From the NCBI GenBank assembly GCA_049697355.1, contig JBAVVP010000163.1:1169-65168 (forward strand): 64,000 nucleotides of DNA, given 5' to 3'. This DNA comes from Terriglobales bacterium (GTDB taxonomy: Bacteria > Acidobacteriota > Terriglobia > Terriglobales > Acidobacteriaceae). Each line of letters starts with the position of its first letter. The first letter of the stretch is position 1. Shown one piece after another: positions 33,577 to 41,753 of the stretch. The position numbers were made by a program, and so were the translations under genes. The notes under the pieces were generated by a model. That model had not been told where the DNA came from. It did no database searches and was given only the letters and a program-made list of their open reading frames with translations.

Positions 33577-35508
33577 TCAGGAATCACTCTTATGAATCTC
33601 GTGGTATACGGAGTACCGTTCATGCACAATACCCGCCAGAGGCAGAAACGGTACTGCTTGATTTTGTGACACTGCGCGGAACGTGAGTTTTCCGCTCCCA
33701 GGTTCCAGCCAAGTTGCTGGATCGTCCAGCTTGCCCTTGAACTGCAGCGTGGGCGAGGGCTCCTGCTTCTCTTGTGAGGTAAAGTGACGGTACCACTTCT
33801 CCCGAGGTTCTTCTTCGAAGCGCGCGGCTAATACCAGGGGTCCATACATCGCCGCCTGAAGATTTTCCTTGTCGGGCATGGGAGCCGCGTGCAGTGACAT
33901 TGGAAGGCTAAGTTCGATGCGGTCTCCGTCCCTCCACGGCCCGCGCAGAACGAGGTAGCTGCCGGGATCCGCGAAGGCCGGTATCGGACGCCCGTTCACT
34001 TTCACGCCGCCGCTTTTCGCCCAGTACGGAATGCGCAATTTCAGATCGACATAGACCGGCTTCGTCGCTGAAACGACCAGCGTGGTCCCTTGCTCCTCCG
34101 GGAAAGAAGTCCATTGTGTCAGGCGGATGCCTTTCTCTGGCCAGTTCACATCGGAAGCGATGTAGAGATTGACGGAAATAGAATCGTCGTCGTGAAAATA
34201 GATCGCGTCCGTCATCTTGGCGAACTCTTCCGCACCCGTACCGTTGCAGCACCAGAAGGAGTCGAACGGCTTGGCGTAGATTTTGGAGTAACCGTTTCCA
34301 AGCGGCAGGTAGTAGACGGTTGTACCGGTTTCAGGATCGATGGTGCCCATGCGGTGATTGAACAGCACACGTTCGTAGTAGTCCATGAAATGCGCTTGCG
34401 GCGACCACGAGAATAAGTGACGCGTCAGCTTCATCATGTTGTACACACAGCAATCCTCGGCCGTTTCGGAGCTGAGTTGCGTCGAGAGTACGCCCGGATC
34501 CGATCTCCAAAGCTCGAAATTGCTAGTGCCGCCTGTGCAAAATGAACGTTCGCTCGTAACTTCGTTCCAGAAGTAATCGGCAATGTTCCAGTAGCGCTTG
34601 TCTCCGGTGAGCTCGTACAACCGGGCAGCAGCGATCACCTGAGGAACGTGCGTGTTCACGTGCAGACCCTTGAGTTCGTCGCGGTGCGCCGCAAGCGGAT
34701 CGAAAAACCCTTTCTTGTCGAAACGTTGTGCCAGATCCAGATATTCGCGCTTTCCCGTCACTCCGTACAAATTGGCGAGCACCTCGCCCATCCCGCCGTA
34801 CTCCACCAGAAGCACGCGCTGCATTTGCTGTTCGCTCAATGGATCGGACCAACTCCGCACCCATCGCGCCATCCTCTCGACGGTCTGCAGAGACTGCTCG
34901 TTACCGGCCAGTGTGTACATGTCGAGATGCCCGGCCATGATTTTGTGGATGGTGTAGAACGGAGCCCACACGTTCACGCCATCACGGAGGCGGTCGAACG
35001 ATTCCTGAGGAAATGCGCTGAGGTAGCCATTTTTGTGTTGCGCCTGGCACTTGGCCAGTTCAACCACCATAAGATCGCCGTTCCGTTTGAGTTCTTCGTC
35101 TCCCGAACCGGCGAAGGCCAGCGCGCAAGCCGAAAGGTAGTGTCCGCCGGCGAAGTGCCCTCGCAGTTCGCAATCGGACTTTTCCCAATCGCCCAGCGGT
35201 TCAGCAGAGGATGGCAGGCCGGCAGTCAGGCGAAAGGTATGAAGCAACCGGTCGGGAGGGAGCGTCTTCAGATATCGCCGATTAGCCTCGGCGGCAGCGC
35301 TGAACGTCCCCGGCTGGAGCCTTACACTCTTCATTGGGAATGGACTCGCTTGCGGCGCCACGACCTCGTGATTCACGGCCTTGGATGCAGCAGCGGAACC
35401 GGCACGATTGCCGTGGGCCTCAAACGCGAATGCTGGGGAGCGAAGCATCGCGCCCGCGCCGACGGCAGCGGCGGTAGCGACGAACTCACGGCGGCTAACG
35501 GTTCTCAT
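33577..35508 (-). CDS. GH127 (DUF1680, HypBA1-like beta-L-arabinofuranosidase family) with Tat signal
   Basis: Track ORF runs to 35568; ATG 35508 (AAGGAG upstream) gives MRTVSRREFVATAAAVGAGAMLRSPAFA. Length and sequence character are consistent with DUF1680/GH127 as I recall it. Confidence 0.75.
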   Translation of the reverse strand: MRTVSRREFVATAAAVGAGAMLRSPAFAFEAHGNRAGSAAASKAVNHEVVAPQASPFPMKSVRLQPGTFSAAAEANRRYLKTLPPDRLLHTFRLTAGLPSSAEPLGDWEKSDCELRGHFAGGHYLSACALAFAGSGDEELKRNGDLMVVELAKCQAQHKNGYLSAFPQESFDRLRDGVNVWAPFYTIHKIMAGHLDMYTLAGNEQSLQTVERMARWVRSWSDPLSEQQMQRVLLVEYGGMGEVLANLYGVTGKREYLDLAQRFDKKGFFDPLAAHRDELKGLHVNTHVPQVIAAARLYELTGDKRYWNIADYFWNEVTSERSFCTGGTSNFELWRSDPGVLSTQLSSETAEDCCVYNMMKLTRHLFSWSPQAHFMDYYERVLFNHRMGTIDPETGTTVYYLPLGNGYSKIYAKPFDSFWCCNGTGAEEFAKMTDAIYFHDDDSISVNLYIASDVNWPEKGIRLTQWTSFPEEQGTTLVVSATKPVYVDLKLRIPYWAKSGGVKVNGRPIPAFADPGSYLVLRGPWRDGDRIELSLPMSLHAAPMPDKENLQAAMYGPLVLAARFEEEPREKWYRHFTSQEKQEPSPTLQFKGKLDDPATWLEPGSGKLTFRAVSQNQAVPFLPLAGIVHERYSVYHEIHKSDS

Positions 35509-35554
35509 GATGATCTCCTTTGAGACAAGACATTCTGTTCTTGCGCTGGAGAAC

Positions 35555-37627
35555 TTACTGCACCGCAAACGAATAGAGGTTCACGCTAAACGGCGGAACG
35601 GTCATCGCATCGGGCATCGACTTCAGTTTTTGCTCCTGCATCTCAACCTCTGCCTTTTGCCCCACAGTGATGGTAGCTTCAACCGACGATGGAGCCATAC
35701 GCCACAGATGACCCGGGCTGGCGAGCTTTACGCCGCTGATCGCGAGTTGCAAGTGCTGCTCGGAATCTGACGGATTCAGCACGGAGAACGTGAGCGTTGT
35801 GCGGTCGTCACCAAGGGCAGCACTCACATCCAGAGGATAGGTATCGCTTCCCGGATTGACCGCAGGTTGGTCACCGCCGTCCGGATAAACTGGCTTGGGC
35901 TGCGGAGAGTCTCCGGAGACCTGTACCGGAATCGTGCCGAAATGCTCCCGATACATCTTGAACAGAAGACCCGTCGGATTCAGAACCGCGTCGGTGCGGC
36001 TTTCGCTGACCATTGCTGTCGCGAAGGTGAACGCGCCTAGCTGATAAAGATCAGAATGGCGAAACATCTCGTGGAAAGCCCAGGCGTAGGCCGGCACCAC
36101 TTTGTAAGAATTCGGCGGAGCACCGATATATGCCCATTCGTCGAGACTGATCGGCACTGGCCTTGCTTTGAGATCAGGGATGCGCTTCAAGTATTCCTGG
36201 TAGTGCTCGTATTTCGCCCGGACCTGGGTCGCTGGCGCCCGTTCCCACTCGATCAGGCTCTGCGGACCGACATCAACTTTTTCACCCGTCTGAAGGTCGG
36301 TTCGCTTTCCGCTGGTGGAGTAGAAGTGCTCACTCAGCATGTCCATATTGTCGAGACAATGCGCTAGCAGGTTGCCACTCCAATCTCCCGGCGAGAGGTA
36401 GTCTGGGACGATTTGGCCGTTCAAGCGCTTCGCCTGCTTGGAGCCGGTCATTGCGTCCGGCATTGCACCGGCGGCGATTAGCTTGATCGTGGGATCTACT
36501 TTTCGCATCGCCTTCGCGAACATGTTGTGCTTCAATTCCCATTGTGCGACGGGCATGAAGCCGAGTTGCCACTCGCCCCACGGCTCGTTTCCGACGCCCC
36601 AAAGTTTGATGTGGTACGGCTCCGGATGACCATTCGCAGCACGCAACTTCCCCATCGGCGTGGTGACAGCTCCATTCGTATACTCGACAAGTTGCGCCGC
36701 CGACCATTCGTCGCCAAAGCCGCCATTGACAGTCACGTAAGGTTCGACGTTCAGTAAGCGGCAAAGCGTCATGAATTCATCCGTGCCAACGTCGTTGGGC
36801 TGAACCGCGTGCCAGACCGGATCCAAGATTGGAGGGCGCGTGTCCGGATCGCCAATCGCATCGCGCCACTCGTATCCGGAAACGAAGTTGCCCCCGGGCC
36901 AACGATACACACCGGAATGCAGTTGCTTCAGCGCCGCGATGACTTCTGCGCGAAAGCCCTGGACGTTGTCGGCGGGCATTAACGAGACTGCTCCGACGCG
37001 AAAAGAGCCGGTGCCGCTTCCCGCAATCTCAAGCCGGGCATCGTCACTATCACCTTGCACCTGGAACGTTAGCGGGAACTTGCGATATTCAGATCCGACT
37101 TTGTGAATGACAACCGTCGGGTGGTCACTCGCGGCGTTCCCCCAGATCAGACTCACCTTCACCGTTGTGCCGGGTGCTCCTGCCAAAACAACGCGTCCCG
37201 TGTACGACTTGCCTTTGCGCACGGCCAGCCCGGCTTGCTGGATTCCGTGAGCTTCGCTGGAACTCAGCTTCACCAGCGGCGTGTGTTCTCCGACATAAGG
37301 ACGATCCTTGTCCATCGTCACGAATTCGTCCGCGCCGATCGGCATCCAATGGCGCAACGCGGTGCGTCTCCATGGTGGTCCGGATGGTTCTGCGGGCGGG
37401 TGCGAGTTGATCGGGAAATAAAACTTGCGGTCATCGAGCATCTCGGCCCAGATGTTGTTATTCACGATGCCGCCGATGTGTTCGAGAAACTGCCCGTAAA
37501 TGTATTTCGAGATCGGAGCGCCGGTTTTAGACGCGTCGATGGCCGCATGGACTGGCTGGGTTTGAGCAGAGCAGAGATTTGTGAATAGCAATGTTAAAAG
37601 CATTAGGATTGGATTTTTAGCTTGCAC
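35555..37627 (-). CDS. GH51 alpha-L-arabinofuranosidase
   Basis: Track ORF runs to TTG 37675; GTG 37627 is preceded by GGAGG (9 nt) and gives signal peptide MQAKNPILMLLTLLFTNLCSA. IYGQFLEHIG, YRWPGGNFVSGYEWRDAIG, WGVGNEPWG. Confidence 0.85.
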   Translation of the reverse strand: MQAKNPILMLLTLLFTNLCSAQTQPVHAAIDASKTGAPISKYIYGQFLEHIGGIVNNNIWAEMLDDRKFYFPINSHPPAEPSGPPWRRTALRHWMPIGADEFVTMDKDRPYVGEHTPLVKLSSSEAHGIQQAGLAVRKGKSYTGRVVLAGAPGTTVKVSLIWGNAASDHPTVVIHKVGSEYRKFPLTFQVQGDSDDARLEIAGSGTGSFRVGAVSLMPADNVQGFRAEVIAALKQLHSGVYRWPGGNFVSGYEWRDAIGDPDTRPPILDPVWHAVQPNDVGTDEFMTLCRLLNVEPYVTVNGGFGDEWSAAQLVEYTNGAVTTPMGKLRAANGHPEPYHIKLWGVGNEPWGEWQLGFMPVAQWELKHNMFAKAMRKVDPTIKLIAAGAMPDAMTGSKQAKRLNGQIVPDYLSPGDWSGNLLAHCLDNMDMLSEHFYSTSGKRTDLQTGEKVDVGPQSLIEWERAPATQVRAKYEHYQEYLKRIPDLKARPVPISLDEWAYIGAPPNSYKVVPAYAWAFHEMFRHSDLYQLGAFTFATAMVSESRTDAVLNPTGLLFKMYREHFGTIPVQVSGDSPQPKPVYPDGGDQPAVNPGSDTYPLDVSAALGDDRTTLTFSVLNPSDSEQHLQLAISGVKLASPGHLWRMAPSSVEATITVGQKAEVEMQEQKLKSMPDAMTVPPFSVNLYSFAVQ

Positions 37628-37702
37628 AGTCGGAAACCTCCAGTCGCAACGGTGAGCAAACGTAAAAGATACCAATTGCGAACTGCTTCATTGGCTTCTC
37701 CT

Positions 37703-37716
37703 CGTAAACGTTTACG
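37703..37716. promoter_or_regulatory. Perfect 14-bp palindrome CGTAAACGTTTACG, LacI-type operator candidate
   Basis: Read directly from the sequence. It lies 76 bp upstream of the GH51 start (37627), between the two GH51 genes. Confidence 0.45.
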
Positions 37717-37766
37717 ATCTCGACCGCGCGGGCTCATGATTCGCTAACCGCACTACCGAGAGTTTG

Positions 37767-39341
37767 TTATTGCTCGACCGAGACCACAGTCACGGACTTA
37801 GGCTCGAGTTGCAGAATCAACTTGCCGCCTTGTGCCCTCGCCGAAATGGGCCTGGGCACGACGGCATTCGGGGCTTCGAAGGTGTTCACGCTGTCCACCT
37901 TGGGCGCAGTGAGAGTCTCTCCCGAGGCAGACTTGGCGTTGATCCCAGTCACGTTCAACTCGACCTCCGCTGATTGATGGGGATCGACATTCGTAATCTC
38001 CACCCACAGCTTGCCGTCTTTGCTTTTTGCAGCCATGGCATCGACGCGTGGCAGGGTGGAGTCGCTGTGCGTGTATCTGCCTGGGTCAAACGAAACGGGG
38101 ACGAATATGGAATCCTGGAATGGCACGTACATTTTGTAAACATAGTAGGTCGGTGTTAGTACCATCTTCTCGTGATCGGTCAGTATCACCGCCTGCAACA
38201 CGTTGATCATCTGGGCGATGTTGGCGCCGCGCACGCGATCGGCGTGACGCGCAAAGATGTTGATATTCAGCGCAGCCAGTATCGCATCGCGCAAGCTGTT
38301 CTGCTGCACGAGAAAGCCCGGATTGCTGCCGGGCAACGGCGCATACCAGCCGCCCCATTCATCCACCACTAGAGCGACCTTCTTCTGCGGATCATACTTA
38401 TCCATGATAGAAGCATGCTTTTTGATCAGGTCATCCATGTCTAGCGTGGCCTTGAGAACCTGTGCGTACTCGTCTTCTCCGAATCCTACCGAATTAAACG
38501 ATGGCGGCCACTTCACGACCGTGTAGTTATGCATGGAAAGGCCGTTGATGTCCCAGCTCCACGTGTGTTGCTGGTAGGCCTTCATGACGGTTTCGGTCCA
38601 GTCGGTCCAGCGCTGTTCGCCGCCGCCCGGACCGACGGCGATCTTCAGCGTTTGGTCTTTCTCCATCTGCGCCGGATTGTAGTTGCGAACGAACCGGCTG
38701 AAGAGCTTCATCCGGTCCAGATAGTACTCGGGCGTCATGTTACCGCCACAGTCCCAGCTTTCATTGCCGAGCCCGAGCCATGCGATTTTGTACGGCTCCG
38801 GATGTCCGTTCGCGGCGCGCTCCTTCTCGAGCGTCGTCGCCTGCGCGGCGGTCATGTACTCCAGCCACTCGGCCGCCTCCTGGGGAGTACCGGAGCCGAC
38901 ATTGACGGAGACGTAAGCGTCGGCACCGATCTGATCGAGGAAGTCCATGAATTCGTGCGTCCCAAAAGTGTTCGGCTCGATCACGCCCCCCCAGTTGGGG
39001 TTCAGCCCCACGACTCGCTGCGGACCGATCCCGTGGCGCCAGTGATATTCATCGGCGAAGCAGCCTCCGGGCCAGCGAACGTTCGGCACCTTGATCGCTT
39101 TCAAAGCGCCAACAACGTCGTTGCGAATTCCGTGTGTATTCGGAATTTTGGAATCCGGTCCAACCCAGATGCCTTCATAAACGCCGTGTCCAAGATGCTC
39201 GGCGAACTGCCCGAAAATGTTGCGGTCGATCTTCGCACCGGTTGTGGATGCGTCAATCGACAATTCAACCTTCTGGGCAGCCATCATCGGCGCGGTGATG
39301 GCCATCACGATCAGCGTGAAGCCGACAAGAACTGAACGCAT
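37767..39341 (-). CDS. GH51 alpha-L-arabinofuranosidase (AbfA-like), tandem paralogue
   Basis: Track ORF runs to 39503; ATG 39341 gives signal peptide MRSVLVGFTLIVMAITAPMMAA. IFGQFAEHLG, VRWPGGCFADEYHWRHGIG, LGLGNESW. Confidence 0.9.
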   Translation of the reverse strand: MRSVLVGFTLIVMAITAPMMAAQKVELSIDASTTGAKIDRNIFGQFAEHLGHGVYEGIWVGPDSKIPNTHGIRNDVVGALKAIKVPNVRWPGGCFADEYHWRHGIGPQRVVGLNPNWGGVIEPNTFGTHEFMDFLDQIGADAYVSVNVGSGTPQEAAEWLEYMTAAQATTLEKERAANGHPEPYKIAWLGLGNESWDCGGNMTPEYYLDRMKLFSRFVRNYNPAQMEKDQTLKIAVGPGGGEQRWTDWTETVMKAYQQHTWSWDINGLSMHNYTVVKWPPSFNSVGFGEDEYAQVLKATLDMDDLIKKHASIMDKYDPQKKVALVVDEWGGWYAPLPGSNPGFLVQQNSLRDAILAALNINIFARHADRVRGANIAQMINVLQAVILTDHEKMVLTPTYYVYKMYVPFQDSIFVPVSFDPGRYTHSDSTLPRVDAMAAKSKDGKLWVEITNVDPHQSAEVELNVTGINAKSASGETLTAPKVDSVNTFEAPNAVVPRPISARAQGGKLILQLEPKSVTVVSVEQ

Positions 39342-39812
39342 AAGAAGCGATGTCCTTTGAGGCAGAAGTACGACTGCCAGGGAGAAACGACGAACGAATG
39401 AGCAGCATTGTGCTAAAAATACTGTCCTCGCTGGGAAAGTATCGACGTGAAGTTTCGGGGAATGGACTATGGATTGAGATCTATGAGCGAGTGTAAAGGC
39501 CATCTATTCTTCCCTCTTCTCCGCGACTTGGTGCCGACTAGTTTCTCTGTAGAAAGGACATGATAGCTCAAGCACTTTCGAAGCAGTGCTCTCAGTCGAC
39601 GTGTTTCTGTCTGGAGTTGGGGCGTAGGCCGCGAAAGAACCGCAGGCAGGTGGCACCTGATGCGCGGAGACTCACATTCCTCTCCAGCACGTTGCTTCAT
39701 TGGGAAGTCGGCATGGCAAAGGCAATACCGCCGCGACATTTTGCACCAGACCATAGCAGGCCGCTGAAAAATTGATGAGCAGCCTGCTAGACGCCCACGA
39801 TCGCGGCGTTGC

Positions 39813-41702
39813 TCATTTCTTCTTCTTATTGTAGTTTTGCATCATCGCCTGAAAGCGGTCCATGGTCGGCTGGAGTTGCTGCGGATCGCGAATGCAATTC
39901 GAGAATATTGAACGCGGGTCGAAGTCTCCCATGCCTCCGAAATACCGGTACGCTGCGGGCGGCGGCGGGCCACCGGGCTGGCCTGCCGCGGGAATGATTT
40001 CAGGAAGCTGGACCGCGTACATGCTGCCACCGGCGAGAACCTGGTGCGGATACTCCATGAGCCAAATACAGTTCCCCGCATCCGCCATATAGTTAGCGGA
40101 GACTACCGCCCATTGGCCGCCATCGTGCGATGCAGGTTGCTGGCAATCCCAAAGCAACGCCTGGGGAACGTAAGCCGCAGACTCTGAGAATCCATACTCC
40201 TCGAGCAGGAGCTGCTTCAGACCGCGCTCGCGCACGAAACTCTCCACTTCGGGAAGAGCGTGGTTCCAGTCGAGGTTCGAGTCGTTGACCAAGGTGTAGC
40301 CCGGCCGTCCCATGCTGAGAATATTCAGATAAGGAAAATAGTTCGGGTAGGCGCGTATGGCCGTAACGATGGAGGACAGCACTAGCACAATCGTGAGCCA
40401 GTTTCCGATACGTGCCGCCAGCGGGCTCGAGTCGCGCAGCAGTTCCAGCGCACGGGGGAGGGGGGCGAGCAGCAAGACAATAAGCGCCAGCGCAACCGAG
40501 AAATGGCGGATGCTGAGGTCCAATCGGTTCAGCATGCAGGCGGCGACGAATACGGCCAGGGAAACCCAGACGGCGCGCCAGTGCAGGTCCAGCTCGGTGG
40601 GTATCGCCGCACGCGCGAGTGACCGCCGCTTCACAATCAAGGCCGTCGCAGTAGCAAGAAAGAGGAGCAAAAGGAACGCCAACTGCGATTTCAAAAGGAA
40701 GAGCACGGGGAAATAGAACCAGACCCCGTGCGGATAAGGATGGCCGAGGATGTATGTGGGACGGCTCGCTGCACTGAACGCAAATCCCACCAGACCACGC
40801 AAGTAGATCCCGAGCGGCATGAGCAGCCGCCGCAGGACCGGCGAAGCGGGAAAGTGCGGAATGATCTGGAAAGAATCGGTTGGTTGGTTCCACGACAGGA
40901 CCAGATACACCAGGTAAACGAACAACGCGGCCCAGAGAGTCCCTTTTGCAAGATTGCGCCACGCCCGCCGGCGCCAGCGGCGCAGTTCGATCTTCTCAAC
41001 CGGTTGCTCCGGCAGCGGCTTGCATCGCAAACTCAGGGCAAAGGCAACGAACACGAAGAACAACAATCCCGACGAAAACTTAGAAAGCAAAGCTCCGGCC
41101 AGCGCTAGACCAAACTTCACGACTGTTCCCCGCGTGGGTGAACGCCACAACTTCGGGAGTTGCCAAACCGTCAGCACCCAGAATGATGCGACCGCGATGT
41201 CGGTAATCACGAGCGGGCCAAATGCGAGAAAGGCCGGCATGGTCACGAAGGCCGAGAGACAGAGCAAGCCTCCCCAGTCGCCTCCTAGCCGCGAGCCACA
41301 AGTGTAAAGAATGAGTCCCAACAACAAAGTCATCAGCAACATGGGCGCTCGCGCCCATAGCACCGTGGAGTAGGGGTCGTTCCACTGCATGAGGAACCAG
41401 TGTCCGAAGACCCACTCGCCCAGAAACTGGTGGAACATCTTGTTGCTGAACGTCCAGGAGAGATGGGAATAGTCGGCATGCGCCCCGCGCAGAACCAGCG
41501 GCAGCGCGGCGACCACCTTGGCCAGCGGGGGATGCTCTTCGTTCATCCGCATGTCTAACTTCTGGAGATAGCTCACGCCAGCGCCGATATGCGGGACTTC
41601 ATCGACGGTTACGGACTCACGTCTCGCTGCCCCACCCGCGAGCAGCGCCATCAGGGCAAGTAGGAGGACTGCGGTGAAGCAAAATCTTCCAGGTGTTTTC
41701 AC
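39813..41702 (-). CDS. GT-C fold glycosyltransferase (GT39 / ArnT-PMT_2-like) membrane protein
   Basis: 629 aa with many TM helices and then a soluble C-domain. The N-terminal DEVPHIGAG...EHPPLAK pattern resembles PMT_2/ArnT-type enzymes. Confidence 0.7.
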   Translation of the reverse strand: MKTPGRFCFTAVLLLALMALLAGGAARRESVTVDEVPHIGAGVSYLQKLDMRMNEEHPPLAKVVAALPLVLRGAHADYSHLSWTFSNKMFHQFLGEWVFGHWFLMQWNDPYSTVLWARAPMLLMTLLLGLILYTCGSRLGGDWGGLLCLSAFVTMPAFLAFGPLVITDIAVASFWVLTVWQLPKLWRSPTRGTVVKFGLALAGALLSKFSSGLLFFVFVAFALSLRCKPLPEQPVEKIELRRWRRRAWRNLAKGTLWAALFVYLVYLVLSWNQPTDSFQIIPHFPASPVLRRLLMPLGIYLRGLVGFAFSAASRPTYILGHPYPHGVWFYFPVLFLLKSQLAFLLLLFLATATALIVKRRSLARAAIPTELDLHWRAVWVSLAVFVAACMLNRLDLSIRHFSVALALIVLLLAPLPRALELLRDSSPLAARIGNWLTIVLVLSSIVTAIRAYPNYFPYLNILSMGRPGYTLVNDSNLDWNHALPEVESFVRERGLKQLLLEEYGFSESAAYVPQALLWDCQQPASHDGGQWAVVSANYMADAGNCIWLMEYPHQVLAGGSMYAVQLPEIIPAAGQPGGPPPPAAYRYFGGMGDFDPRSIFSNCIRDPQQLQPTMDRFQAMMQNYNKKKK

Positions 41703-41753
41703 TTCCGTTAACCTCGTGCAATCAAACTGAAGAGGCGAAATCTACAGCACACT

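Noticed and set aside
39467-39775. ORFs 39467..39754 (-) and 39560..39775 (+) in the GT39-GH51 spacer
   Set aside because: The products are arginine-rich, with no RBS at a sensible distance and no recognisable family.
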